From positions 2,969 to 66,968 of the forward strand of contig CAVWSM010000008.1 of the NCBI GenBank assembly GCA_963757805.1: 64,000 nt of DNA, read 5' to 3'. The notes under the pieces are model-generated. The model was given only the letters and a program-made list of their open reading frames with translations. It did not search any database and had not been told where the DNA came from. Numbering within the stretch: position 1 is the stretch's first letter; each line of letters begins with the position of its first letter. Source of the DNA: an uncultured Actinomycetota bacterium. GTDB lineage: Bacteria > Actinomycetota > Actinomycetes > Jiangellales > Jiangellaceae. The position numbers were made by a program, and so were the translations under genes. Positions 18,986 to 29,397 of the stretch are shown here, one piece after another.

Positions 18986-20728
18986 GTGACGTCGATGAAC
19001 CCGTCGACCGCGCTGGCCCGAGTCCTGGTCGACGAGCTGGCCCGCCACCGCGTCCGCGACGTTGTCCTGGCGCCGGGCTCGCGATCGGCGCCGTTGGCCT
19101 ACGCGCTGTACGACGCCGACCGCGCCGGCCGCCTTCGCCTGCACGTACGCATCGACGAGCGCACAGCCGGCTTCCTGGCCCTCGGGCTCGCCAAGGCTGC
19201 GCAATGGCCGGTCGCCGTGGTGACGACCAGCGGTACGGCCGTCGCCAACCTGCACCCGGCGGTCCTGGAGGCGCACCACGGGGGCGTTCCGCTGCTCGTG
19301 CTCAGCGCCGACCGCCCGCCTGAGCTCCGAGGCAGTGGCGCCAACCAGACGACCGATCAGGTCAAGCTGTTCGGCGACGCGGTGCGCCTCTTCCACGAAG
19401 TTGGCGCGCCCGAGCGGCTGCCCGGGCAGGTGGCCTACTGGCGTGGCCTCGTCAGCCGCGCCGTCGTCGTGGCGTGTGGGGAGCTGTCTGGAGACCCAGG
19501 GCCGGTCCACCTCAACGTCGCGTTCCGCGACCCGCTCGTGCCGGACGCCGGCGAGGACGACTGGCTCGAGCCGTTGGACGGTCGAGCCGGTGAGGCGCCA
19601 TGGACCACCGCTCAGAGCGTGCCGCCCTGGCTCGCGGCAAGCCACGGTGTCGACAGGCTGGGGGCGGAGCCACGCACGGTTGTGGTGGTCGGCGATGCCC
19701 CGCCGCTCGTCGGGCTGGCCGCCGCCGACCTGGCCGAGCGCCGCGGATGGCCGCTGCTCGCCGAGCCCTCGTCGGGAGCCTGGGGACGCAGCTCGATCGC
19801 GGCCGGGCCGCTCGTCGTAGGCTCGGTGGACTGGCTGGAGCAGCATCTTCCGAATCGCGTTGTCGTCGTCGGCCGACCGACCCTGTCCCGATCGATGGGT
19901 CGGCTGCTGAGGCACCCCGATGTGCAGGTCGACGTGGTCGCCGCGGCCCCACGGTGGTCGGATCCCGGATTGGTGGCAGCACGAGTCGTCGACGCATCTC
20001 AGCTGTGGATTGCGGCTGACGAGGAGCCAGTCGGCGTCACCGAGTTCCAGAAGGAGTGGCTCGACGCGGGACGCACGGCGCACGCCGTCGTGGACGAGGT
20101 GCTTGCGGGCGAGCCGGACCCCACCGGCTTCGGGGTCGCACGCGAAGTCTTCGCCGCAGCCCCCGAAGGCTCACTCGTGGTGCTCGGCTCGTCCAACCCC
20201 ATACGTGACGTCGACGTGGCGGCTGCTCCCGTCAACGGCCCGGTGTCCGTCCTCACCAACCGAGGCCTGGCGGGCATCGACGGCACAGTGTCGACCGCGG
20301 TCGGCGCCGCCCTCGAGCACCACAGCACGCATGCCCGGCCGTCGTACGCGCTCGTCGGGGACCTGACCTTCCTGCACGACTCGACCGGACTCGTGATCGG
20401 GTCCGACGAGCCGCGCCCCGACCTCACGATCGTCGTGGTCAATGACGACGGCGGCGGCATATTCACATTGCTGGAGCAGGGCGCGCCCGAGCTCGCCGGG
20501 CCGTTCGAGCGCATCTTCGGCACACCGCACCACGTCGACCTGGCCGCGCTGTGCGCCGCGACCCGTACGCCGCACCAACGCGTCAGAGATCTCGCGTCGC
20601 TACGGCAGGCCCTGGCCGAGCAGGGTGGCATCCGGGTGATCGAGGTGCCGGTCGACCGTGCCGGTCACCGCGCCTTGCATGCCCGGGTGCGCTCAGCCGT
20701 CGCTGCCGCGCTCGCCAACCTCCCGTAA
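18986..20728 (+). CDS. menD: 2-succinyl-5-enolpyruvyl-6-hydroxy-3-cyclohexene-1-carboxylate synthase
   Basis: 580 aa ThDP enzyme with NPSTALARVLVDELARHRVRDVVLAPGSRSAPL and GDLTFLHDSTGL...VVVNDDGGGIF. An alternative ATG start is at 18995. Confidence 0.9.
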   Translation: MTSMNPSTALARVLVDELARHRVRDVVLAPGSRSAPLAYALYDADRAGRLRLHVRIDERTAGFLALGLAKAAQWPVAVVTTSGTAVANLHPAVLEAHHGGVPLLVLSADRPPELRGSGANQTTDQVKLFGDAVRLFHEVGAPERLPGQVAYWRGLVSRAVVVACGELSGDPGPVHLNVAFRDPLVPDAGEDDWLEPLDGRAGEAPWTTAQSVPPWLAASHGVDRLGAEPRTVVVVGDAPPLVGLAAADLAERRGWPLLAEPSSGAWGRSSIAAGPLVVGSVDWLEQHLPNRVVVVGRPTLSRSMGRLLRHPDVQVDVVAAAPRWSDPGLVAARVVDASQLWIAADEEPVGVTEFQKEWLDAGRTAHAVVDEVLAGEPDPTGFGVAREVFAAAPEGSLVVLGSSNPIRDVDVAAAPVNGPVSVLTNRGLAGIDGTVSTAVGAALEHHSTHARPSYALVGDLTFLHDSTGLVIGSDEPRPDLTIVVVNDDGGGIFTLLEQGAPELAGPFERIFGTPHHVDLAALCAATRTPHQRVRDLASLRQALAEQGGIRVIEVPVDRAGHRALHARVRSAVAAALANLP

Positions 20729-20775
20729 GCGCCTGTCCGGCTTCATAGAGATCATTTGCGCGCCGGATGAAGGGG

Positions 20776-22056
20776 TCAGGCAAGCGTCAGCGCATCACGC
20801 ATCGGCACGAGCTTGGCGGCGCTCTCCGCGAGCTCCGCCTCCGGGTCGGACCCCGCCACGATGCCGCAGCCGGCGAACAACCGCAGCCGCGCCGGATCCT
20901 CCGGATCGACCTCGGCACAACGCAGCGCGATGCCCCACTCTCCGTCGCCTTCGGCGTCGATCCACCCGACCGGTCCCGCATAGCGTCCCCGGTCGAGACC
21001 CTCGAGCTCGCGGATCATCTCGCGCGCCACGTCGGTGGGCGTGCCGCATACAGCGGCCGACGGGTGCAGAGCCGCCGCCAGTGCGAGCGATGAGGCGTCG
21101 TCGCGGACCACGGCCGTTACATCGGTGGCAAGGTGCATGACGTTGGGCAGGTGCAGGACGAACGGGCCCTCCGGCACGTTGGTGCTCGAGCAGTGTGGAG
21201 CCAGCGCGTCGGCCACGGACCGTACGGCGTACTCGTGCTCTTCGAGGTCCTTGCTCGACCTTGCCAACGACGCCGACAAGGCCAGGTCGTGCGCATCATC
21301 GCCCGTACGCCGGATCGTGCCTGCCAGGACACGCGACGTGATCAGCCCGCGTTCGAGCCGCACCAGCATCTCCGGGGTTGCCCCCAGCAGACCGTCGACG
21401 TGAAACGTCCAGCACGCTGGGTAGCGCGCGGCAAGCTGCTGCAGCGGCCAGCGCACGTCGACCGGAGCGTCGGCGTAGGCCAGCAGATCGAGGGCGAGCA
21501 CCACCTTCTCGAGCTCACCGGCGGCGATGCGTCGTACGGCGTCGCCGACCATCACCTCCCAGTCGGCACCCGACCGCGCACCATCGGCGAACACGACACC
21601 TGCCGGCCGTTGTGGGGCCGGCTGCGCGTGCACGTTGGGCAGCGCCGGCAGCGACCCGGCGGGACCGATCACAGTCAGCCACGAACGGTCGCCGCGCCGG
21701 CCGACCACGACCGACGGCACAACCAGCATCGAGCCGGCAGAGCGACCGTCGAAGGTGAACGACCCGAACGCCACCAATCCGCTGCCCGGCACGTCGACCT
21801 CGTCGCGCACGACGGCGGCGGCAGCAACTGCACTCCACCACGCGTCGGCCTCGGTGAACCGCTCATCACCGGTCGTCTCGACTCGTGCCGCCTCGCCCCA
21901 TCCCACAATGCCGTCACCGCGGCGTACCCATGCGAGAGCGTCCTGCGGCGGCAGCAGAGCCAGCAGCGGGCCGGGATCGGCAACGTCGACCGTCCGCACG
22001 ACAAGGGACTCCGCAAGTGGCGTGGTGTCGCCAACTGTCGCCGGACTGCTCGTCAC
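20776..22056 (-). CDS. menF: isochorismate synthase
   Basis: Chorismate-binding motifs are GATPEMLVRL, SSKDLEEHEYAV, LHPSAAVCGTP and RGRYAGPVGW...GEWGIALRCA. The start is uncertain: GTG 22056 was chosen, and ATG 22173 is possible but adds non-protein-like sequence. Confidence 0.8.
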   Translation of the reverse strand: MTSSPATVGDTTPLAESLVVRTVDVADPGPLLALLPPQDALAWVRRGDGIVGWGEAARVETTGDERFTEADAWWSAVAAAAVVRDEVDVPGSGLVAFGSFTFDGRSAGSMLVVPSVVVGRRGDRSWLTVIGPAGSLPALPNVHAQPAPQRPAGVVFADGARSGADWEVMVGDAVRRIAAGELEKVVLALDLLAYADAPVDVRWPLQQLAARYPACWTFHVDGLLGATPEMLVRLERGLITSRVLAGTIRRTGDDAHDLALSASLARSSKDLEEHEYAVRSVADALAPHCSSTNVPEGPFVLHLPNVMHLATDVTAVVRDDASSLALAAALHPSAAVCGTPTDVAREMIRELEGLDRGRYAGPVGWIDAEGDGEWGIALRCAEVDPEDPARLRLFAGCGIVAGSDPEAELAESAAKLVPMRDALTLA

Positions 22057-22124
22057 GGAGTTCGAGCGTACGGGGCCGCACGCGCGCGCTCGACCCAGGG
22101 CAACACCGCGCGTGACGGCATGTA

Positions 22125-22146
22125 TTGACAGAGTGACCCTGGTCAC
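22125..22146 (+). promoter_or_regulatory. TTGACA -35 candidate followed by the palindrome GTGACCCTGGTCAC upstream of the M14 peptidase gene
   Basis: TTGACA at 22125-22130. A 6+2+6 inverted repeat lies at 22133-22146, about 45 nt upstream of ATG 22188. No convincing -10 was found. Confidence 0.25.
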
Positions 22147-22187
22147 ACAAGGCTCTCGCGAGGTACCCGACATGAGGGGAGCGCGCG

Positions 22188-25100
22188 ATGGGTCTGCGCC
22201 GCACAACGGTCTCTGTCCTATCCGCAACAGCACTGGTCGGACTCGCGACCGTCGCGGTCGTTCCGGCCCAGGCGCAACCAGACGGAGCAACGGCTGGCGA
22301 CTCCGGGCTCGAGGTCTATACCGGTCTCGTCGATCCCGCCGACGTCGAGACGATGCGTGACCTTGGGCTCGAGGCGGAGAGCTTCATCGTCGACGAGCAG
22401 GCGGCCGGCGGCAAGGTCGAGGTCGAGGCCGCGATCACCGACGCGCAAGCGGCCAAGCTGCAGAAGGAAGGCGTCGAGATCGACGTCAAGACCATCGATG
22501 GCGTCGCGGCGTCCGAGGTGATGCGACTGCAGGCCCTGCAGGGCTGGGACTCGTTCCGCGAGTACAGCGCGCCCGGCGGCATCAAGGACGAGATCTGGGC
22601 AGCTGGCGGCGAGCACCGCGAGATCGCCAAGGTCGTCGACGTCGGTGACTCGCTCAACGGTGAACAGATCCTGGCACTCAAGGTCACCAAGAACGCCACC
22701 AAGGTCAAGGACGGCAGGCGCCCCGCGGTGATGTACATGGGCACGCAGCACGCCCGCGAGTGGATCACCCCCGAGATGGTCCGCCGCCTCATGCACCACG
22801 TGCTCGACAGCTACGGCAGCGACCCCGAGATCACGCAGCTTGTCGACACGACCGAGCTCTGGTTCCTCCCGGTGGCCAACCCTGACGGATATGACTTCAC
22901 CTTCACCGAGGGCAACCGGCTGTGGCGCAAGAACCTGCGCGACAACAATGGCGACGGACAGATCACCGTCGGTGATGGCGTCGACCCCAACCGCAACTTC
23001 GCGGTCAACTGGGGGCAGGACAACGAGGGCTCCTCGCAGCAGCCTGCCAGCGACACCTACCGGGGGGCCGGGCCCAACTCGGAGCCCGAGACCCAGGCGG
23101 TCGATACGCTGTTCAAGCGCGTCAAGTTCGAGTTCTTCATCAATTACCACTCCGCGGCCAACCTGCTGCTATACGGCATCGGCAACCAGGTGACCACGCC
23201 GTCCCCGGACGACGTGATCTACGAGGCGATGGTCGGCACTGACGAGAACTCTGCCGTTCCGACGTACGACCCGGATATCTCGGCGGAGCTCTACATCACC
23301 AACGGCGACACCGACACGCACATGCAGGTGCAGTACGGCACGCTCGGCTTCACGCCCGAGATGTCGACCTGCGCGGTCGCGGCCGACTCGGTGCCCGACG
23401 ACGAGTGGCTGGCCGAGGACTGCGCCAGCGACTTCATCTTCCCGGACGACGAGGACCTCATCCGGGCCGAGTTCGAGAAGAACATCCCGTTCGCACTGGC
23501 CGTGGCCACGTCGACCCTCGATCCCGACGACCCGGTCTCAGTCATCGGACTAGACGCCGCCGACCTCGTCGCCGACCCGTTCACGGTCTCGTACGGCGAG
23601 GAGCAGCAGGTCGCCGTCATGGCCAAGCGCTCGCTCAAGGGCGTCCGCGCGTACTACCAGATCAACAACGGCCGCCCGAAGTGGAAGAACGTCAGGGAGT
23701 GGAAGGGCGGCGAGCGCTACGGCATGACGCACGACGTCTACTACGGCGAGTTCCGCGCCACGATCAAGGCCCAGGCGGGTGACTCTGTCAGGGTCTGGTT
23801 CAGCGGCCGCAACGGCAGTGGAAACAACGCACAGTGGGTGGAGACCGAGCCGTTCACCTACACGGTCAGTCAGGACATCGGCGGTGATGTGCTGGTCCTT
23901 GCGGCTGAGGACGTGACCGGCCTCAGCCCGGCGCAGGGCCTGACCGAGGCGCAGTTCGATGACGAGCACGTCGCGGCCATCGAAGCGGCCGGCTACACGA
24001 CTGACGTCTACGACTTCGACCTGCTGGGCCGGACGGCACCGCACCACCTCGGTGTCCTGTCGCACTACGACGCCGTCGTCTGGGAGACCGGCAACGACCT
24101 GCTGCTTCGGTCGGTCGGGCAGGTACCCGGCACGGTGGCGAAGGCCGCACTCGACATCGAGCTGTCGGTCCGTGACTACCTGAACGAGGGTGGCAAGGTC
24201 GTTGTCGCCGGGAAGAACGCCCTCACCGGGCAACGGGATGGCTACTTCTACAATCCGTTCTACCCCGCCCAGCCGGAGTGCACGGCACAGGCGTACCCAT
24301 GCCTGACCTTGTCCAACGACTTCATGCAGTACTGGCTGGGTGCCTATGCGAACGTCTCCGACGGCGGGACTGATCCCGACGGCGAGCCGTTCGGGCTGAC
24401 CGGGACGGGTGACCCCTATGCCGGGTTCGCCGGCGACCTCAACGCCGACGGGTCGGCCGGCAACCAGGACCACACCGGCCTGCTGCTCAGCACGTCGAGC
24501 TTCCTGCCGCCCGACCAGTTCCCAGCGTTTGCCGGCTCGGCGCCGCTCGGCTGGGACATCCCAGGCGGGCCGTTCGACCCGCACACTGGCGGTTGGTACG
24601 TCTACAGCCAGCAGGCGGACCAGACCTACAAGCGACTCACCCGGACTGTTGACCTGACCGGTGCGACCACGGGTGAACTTAACTTCTGGACGTCGTACGA
24701 CACCGAGGCCGAGTGGGACTTCCTATGGTCGAGGCTCACACTGTGGGCTCCGACGACTGGACGACGCTGCCCGACGCCAACGGGCACACCAGCCAGCTCA
24801 TCGATGTGGTTCACGACGGCCAGCCAGTCCAGGCCTTCGGCCTTAGCTGTCTGGAAGGCTGGGCGCACGGTTCCGAAGCGATCCACCCGTTCCTGGCGCA
24901 CTACCAGGGCGAGGACTGCGTGTCGCCGGGCACGACAGGCCAGTGGAACGCTGCCTCGGGGGCGTCCAACGGCTGGGTCAACTGGTCCATGGACCTGTCT
25001 GAATACCTGGGCAGCCAGGTCGAGCTCTCGATCACCTACGTGAGCGACTGGGCCACCCAGGGCATCGGTGTCTTCCTGGACGACGTGGTCGTGAACGTGA

Positions 25101-25337
25101 ACGGCACGCCGCAGGGACGGCTCGTTCGAGACCGACCTGGAAGGCTGGACCGTCTCGGGTGCGCCTGAGGGCACGGTGGACAACTCCAACGACTGGCTGC
25201 GCACCCAGCTCGGGTTCGAGGAGGGAGCCGCGACGCTCACCGAGGACAGCGCGTTCTTCGGGTTCGGCATCGAAGGTCTCGCGCCCGCCGAGCGCGACGA
25301 CCTGGTGGCCCGAACTCTGCAGCACCTGCTCGGCTAG
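22188..25337 (+). pseudogene. secreted M14-family zinc carboxypeptidase with large C-terminal extension; two compensating frame disruptions as assembled
   Basis: A signal peptide is followed by the M14 core: GTQHAREWITPE (HxxE zinc site), NPDGYDF, RKNLRDNNGDG, DPNRNF and the NYHS region. The frame leaves near 24724 (...TEAEWDFL / VEAHTVGSDDWTTLPD in ORF 24713..25168). It returns near 25120 (...NVNGTPQG / GSFETDLEGWTVSGAPEG...LLG, stop 25335-25337). Confidence 0.8.
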
Positions 25338-25344
25338 CTGCATT

Positions 25345-25400
25345 GATCATGGAGTAGTGCACCACGCAACGCGTCAGCTGTGGTGCACTACTCCATGATC
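25345..25400. terminator. 21-bp perfect inverted repeat (GATCATGGAGTAGTGCACCAC, 14-nt loop, GTGGTGCACTACTCCATGATC)
   Basis: The arms are 25345-25365 and 25380-25400. It starts 8 nt after the M14 stop and lies about 50 nt before the menG start. It is noticeably lower in GC than its surroundings and has no T-tract. Confidence 0.5.
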
Positions 25401-25448
25401 GACACCGGGAGGCCGGGTGTTTCCGCCAGGTGTGCGAGGCTCGTGCCC

Positions 25449-26147
25449 GTGAGCCGAGCTGGACTGGACAAGGAGCCGCACGAGGTCGCGGCGATGTTCG
25501 ACGACGTCGCCCGCAGGTACGACCTCACCAACGACGTGCTCGCGATGGGGCAGACCCGACGCTGGCGGACGGCGGTGGTCGACGCGGTGGCACCGCACCC
25601 AGGGGAGCGTGTGCTCGACCTGGCCGCAGGGACCGGGACGTCCAGCCTCCCCTTCCTGCGTCGCGGCGCCGTCGTCGTGCCCTGCGACTTCTCGCTCGGG
25701 ATGCTGCGCGAGGGCAAGCGGCGTTACCCGCACCTGCCGCTGACCGCGGGCGATGCGCTGCGGCTGCCCTTCGCGTCCGCGACGTTCGACGCGGTCACCA
25801 TCTCCTTCGGCCTGCGCAACGTGCAGGACCCGATCGTCGCGCTCGAGGAGATGCTGCGCGTCACCAAGCCGAGCGGGCGGCTCGTTGTGTGCGAGTTCAG
25901 CCACCCAACGTGGCCGCCGTTCCGCACGGCCTACACGGAGTACCTCATGCGCGCGCTGCCGGCTGTCGCACGCCGCGTCTCCAGCGCTCCCGACGCATAC
26001 GTCTACCTGGCCGAATCCATCCGCGAGTGGCCTGACCAGCGGAAGCTGGCGGCAGTGCTGCAGAAGGCCGGCTGGCGCGGGGTCGGCTGGCGCAACCTCA
26101 CCGGCGGCATCGTCGCGCTGCACCGCGCCCACAAGCCGTTGCAGTGA
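25449..26147 (+). CDS. menG: demethylmenaquinone methyltransferase
   Basis: GTG at 25449 gives [40 protein letters not shown]. The SAM motif is [10 protein letters not shown], followed by ISFGLRNV. Confidence 0.9.
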   Translation: MSRAGLDKEPHEVAAMFDDVARRYDLTNDVLAMGQTRRWRTAVVDAVAPHPGERVLDLAAGTGTSSLPFLRRGAVVVPCDFSLGMLREGKRRYPHLPLTAGDALRLPFASATFDAVTISFGLRNVQDPIVALEEMLRVTKPSGRLVVCEFSHPTWPPFRTAYTEYLMRALPAVARRVSSAPDAYVYLAESIREWPDQRKLAAVLQKAGWRGVGWRNLTGGIVALHRAHKPLQ

Positions 26148-26251
26148 CCGATTTCTGCCGGGATTTTCGCAACGTAAGGGGCGCATAAATGTGCTGGTCA
26201 GACGCGCGCGCCCCCGGTCGATCCAGCGGCTCACGTGCCCCTAGACTGATC

Positions 26252-26293
26252 GCGCAAACGGGCTCGTGAATGACTTCACGAACGCGTTTGCGC
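26252..26293. promoter_or_regulatory. 42-nt imperfect palindrome upstream of the MenJ-like gene
   Basis: GCGCAAACGGGCTCGTGAA tgac TTCACGAACGCGTTTGCGC, with 17 of 19 positions pairing. It lies 36 nt upstream of ATG 26329 in an AT-richer intergenic region. Confidence 0.4.
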
Positions 26294-26328
26294 TACTCAA
26301 GACACCCCCGGTCGAGCGAGAAGGACAG

Positions 26329-27612
26329 ATGAGTACGACGGCCCGCCGCGAGGATGCCGACGTCATCGTCGTCGGCGCCGGGCCGGCCGGATCGACGACA
26401 GCCTTCTACCTCGCGCAGGCCGGCCTCGACGTGCTGCTACTGGACAAGGCGGCCTTTCCGCGCGACAAGATCTGCGGTGACGGGCTCACGCCACGGGCCG
26501 CGCGGCAGCTGACCCGCATGGGAGTCGACACCACCGGCGACGGCTGGATCCGCAACAAGGGCTTGCGCATCGTCGGAGGCGGGATGCGTCTCGAGCTCCC
26601 GTGGCCAGAGCTCGCGAGTTTCCCCGGTTATGGCCTGGTCCGGCCGCGCCTCGACTTCGACCAGCTGCTGGCCGAGCACGCGGTCAAGGCTGGTGCGCTG
26701 CTGCACGAGCGCACCAACGTCACGGGCCCGGTGCTCGACGAGTCGACTGGCCGCATCGTGGGCGTTACGGCCAAACCGCTGGACGACGACGGTCGGACCG
26801 CAGGCGACTCTGTCACCTTCCGCGCACCACTGATCGTGGCCGCGGACGGCGTCTCGTCGCGGCTGTCCACCGCGATGGGCATCCACAAGCGCGATGACCG
26901 GCCGATGGGCGTGGCGGTGCGCACCTACTTCCGGACGCCACGGCACGACGACGAATGGATGGAGTCGTGGCTCGAGCTGTGGTCGGGCAACGACCTGCTC
27001 CCGGGTTACGGCTGGATCTTCGCCTGCGGCAACGGCACCAGCAACGTCGGCCTGGGCATCCTCGACACGTCCCGAGCGTTCGGTCGCGTCGACTACAAGG
27101 ACCTGCTCCGCCGGTGGACAGCGCAGCTTCCAGCCGAGTGGGGCTTCACACCGGACAACCAGATCGGCGGCGTACGCGGAGCGGCGCTGCCCATGGCCTT
27201 CAACCGGCAGCCGCACTACTCTCGCGGCCTGTTGCTGGTCGGCGACGCAGGTGGCATGGTCAACCCGTTCAACGGCGAGGGCATCGACTACGCCATGGAG
27301 GCGGCGAGCCTCGCATCTCAGGTCATCACCGACGCCAAGGCTCATGCCACGGCGATCGGTCGGGAGCGAGTGCTGCACGGCTATGCAAGTGCGCTCAAGG
27401 CCGAACATGGCGGCTACTTCACACTCGGCCGCTTCTTCGTCAAGGCGATCGGCCACCCGTCGATCATGAAGTTGGCGGCTCGCCACGGCATGCCACGCCC
27501 GGCGCTCATGCGCTTCGCACTCAAGCTCATGGCCAACCTCACTGACCATCGCGACGGCGACGCCATGGATCGCCTCATCAACGGCCTGACCAAGATGGTG
27601 CCGGCGGCATGA
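26329..27612 (+). CDS. menJ: geranylgeranyl reductase family FAD-dependent oxidoreductase (menaquinone reductase MenJ-like)
   Basis: ATG at 26329 after GAAGGA. The FAD motif is DVIVVGAGPAGSTTAFYLAQAGLDVLLLDK, followed by CGDGLTP and GDAGGMVNPFNGEGI. It sits beside menG, as in mycobacteria. Confidence 0.75.
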   Translation: MSTTARREDADVIVVGAGPAGSTTAFYLAQAGLDVLLLDKAAFPRDKICGDGLTPRAARQLTRMGVDTTGDGWIRNKGLRIVGGGMRLELPWPELASFPGYGLVRPRLDFDQLLAEHAVKAGALLHERTNVTGPVLDESTGRIVGVTAKPLDDDGRTAGDSVTFRAPLIVAADGVSSRLSTAMGIHKRDDRPMGVAVRTYFRTPRHDDEWMESWLELWSGNDLLPGYGWIFACGNGTSNVGLGILDTSRAFGRVDYKDLLRRWTAQLPAEWGFTPDNQIGGVRGAALPMAFNRQPHYSRGLLLVGDAGGMVNPFNGEGIDYAMEAASLASQVITDAKAHATAIGRERVLHGYASALKAEHGGYFTLGRFFVKAIGHPSIMKLAARHGMPRPALMRFALKLMANLTDHRDGDAMDRLINGLTKMVPAA

Positions 27613-27643
27613 CCACATACGGAGCAGAGGGGAGCGAGGCGTC

Positions 27644-28003
27644 GTGAACCCGTACGTCCCGATCATCGCGTTGGCAGTGCTGGCCTTCGCGTTCGCGGTC
27701 TTCTCGGTCGTCACTTCCCGGATCGCCGGTCCGCGGCGGTTCAACCTAGTGCGGTTGGAGTCGTACGAGTGCGGCATCGACCCGACCCCGCAGCCAGCGG
27801 GCGGCGGTCGATTTCCGATCAAGTACTACCTGACCGCGATGCTCTTCATCATCTTCGACATCGAGACCATCTTCCTTTTCCCGTGGGCGATCCGGTTCGA
27901 CGCGCTCGGGCTGTTCGCCTACGTCGAGATGATCCTTTTCATGGTGACCATCTTCGTGGCCTACGCGTACGTGTGGCGTCGCGGTGGCCTGGAATGGGAC
28001 TAG
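27644..28003 (+). CDS. nuoA: NADH-quinone oxidoreductase subunit A
   Basis: 119 aa with 3 TM helices and YECGIDP...KYYLTAMLFIIFDIETIFLFPW. Confidence 0.95.
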   Translation: MNPYVPIIALAVLAFAFAVFSVVTSRIAGPRRFNLVRLESYECGIDPTPQPAGGGRFPIKYYLTAMLFIIFDIETIFLFPWAIRFDALGLFAYVEMILFMVTIFVAYAYVWRRGGLEWD

Positions 28004-28055
28004 GGATCTGTGACAACACGCATGCGAATCCGCACATTGATCCGGAGGATCTGAC

Positions 28056-28610
28056 GTGGGTATCGAGGAAAAGCTCCCGAGCGGCTTCCTGCTCACCTCC
28101 GTAGAGGATCTCGCCGGCTATTTCCGCAAGGCGTCGTTGTGGCCGGCGACATTCGGGCTCGCCTGTTGTGCGATCGAGATGATGACCTCCGGTGCGCCGC
28201 GATATGACCTCGGCCGATATGGCATGGAGGTCTTCCGCGCCTCTCCGCGCCAGGCCGACCTGATGATCGTGGCCGGCCGGGTCAGCCAGAAGATGGCGCC
28301 GGTGCTGCGCCGGATCTACGACCAGATGCCCGGACCCAAGTGGGTGCTCTCGATGGGGGTCTGCGCCAGCAGCGGCGGGATGTTCAACAACTACGCGATT
28401 GTGCAGGGCGTCGACCACATCGTGCCGGTAGACATCTACCTGCCGGGGTGTCCGCCGCGGCCGGAGATGCTGATCGACGCGATCCTCAAGCTGCACAAGA
28501 AGATCCAAGACATGCCACTCGGGGTCAACGCGCAGCGGGCACAGGCCGAGGCTGAGCAGCTCGCGCTGGCCGCGCCGGCGACGCACGAGATGAAGGGGCT
28601 GCTGCGTTGA
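28056..28610 (+). CDS. nuoB: NADH-quinone oxidoreductase subunit B
   Basis: 184 aa with [11 protein letters not shown] and LPGCPPRPE, the N2 cluster ligands. Confidence 0.95.
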   Translation: MGIEEKLPSGFLLTSVEDLAGYFRKASLWPATFGLACCAIEMMTSGAPRYDLGRYGMEVFRASPRQADLMIVAGRVSQKMAPVLRRIYDQMPGPKWVLSMGVCASSGGMFNNYAIVQGVDHIVPVDIYLPGCPPRPEMLIDAILKLHKKIQDMPLGVNAQRAQAEAEQLALAAPATHEMKGLLR

Positions 28611-28665
28611 CCAGCACGAGCGGCGATCCGATTGCCGAGGAACGAGGCCAGAGGCGAGCGCGACC

Positions 28666-29397
28666 ATGAGCACGAGCGACGAGTCCAAACTCCCCGCAGA
28701 GCCCGAGCCGCGCCGCACCGAGCCGCTGCCGCCGCATCCGACCGAGCGCGGCATGTTCGGGGTGGAGGGCAGCGGCGACACCTCCGGCTACGGCCGCCTG
28801 GTCCGCCGGATCACCAACCCGGTGGTGCTCGACGAGTCGACACCGCGGCCGTGGGGTGGCTGGCTCGACGAGGTCGGCGACTCGCTCTCTGAGGCACTCG
28901 AGGCGACCGGCGTCTCCTTCGACGACGCGGTCGAGAAGGTCGTCATCGATCGCGGCGAGATGACGCTGTTCATCAAGCGCGACCAGCTGCTCGACGTCAT
29001 CCGACCGCTGCGGGACGACCCCACCCTGCGGTTCGAGATGTGCCTCGGCGTGTCCGGCGTCCACTACCCAGGAGACACCGGTCGGGAGCTGCATGCTGTC
29101 TATCCGATGCTGTCGATCACGCACAACCGGCGGCTTCGGCTCGAGGTGACCTGCCCCGACGCCGACCCGCACATGCCGTCGATCGTCGCGGTCTACCCGG
29201 CTAACAACTGGCACGAGCGGGAGACCTTCGACTTCTTCGGCATCGTCTTCGACGGGCACCCGTCGCTGACCCGCATAGAGATGCCCGACGACTGGCCGGG
29301 TCACCCGCAGCGCAAGGACTACCCGCTCGGGGGCATCCCGGTGGAATACAAGGGCGCCACGATCCCGCCCGCTGACGAGCGGAGAGCCTACAGCTGA
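28666..29397 (+). CDS. nuoC: NADH-quinone oxidoreductase subunit C
   Basis: 243 aa with [19 protein letters not shown]. Confidence 0.95.
   Translation: MSTSDESKLPAEPEPRRTEPLPPHPTERGMFGVEGSGDTSGYGRLVRRITNPVVLDESTPRPWGGWLDEVGDSLSEALEATGVSFDDAVEKVVIDRGEMTLFIKRDQLLDVIRPLRDDPTLRFEMCLGVSGVHYPGDTGRELHAVYPMLSITHNRRLRLEVTCPDADPHMPSIVAVYPANNWHERETFDFFGIVFDGHPSLTRIEMPDDWPGHPQRKDYPLGGIPVEYKGATIPPADERRAYS

Noticed and set aside
26266-26328. The ORF-track start at 26266 for the MenJ-like gene (MNDFTNAFALLK...).
   Set aside because: The extension is the translation of the intergenic palindrome. ATG 26329 has a GAAGGA ribosome-binding site and gives the canonical FAD-binding N-terminus.
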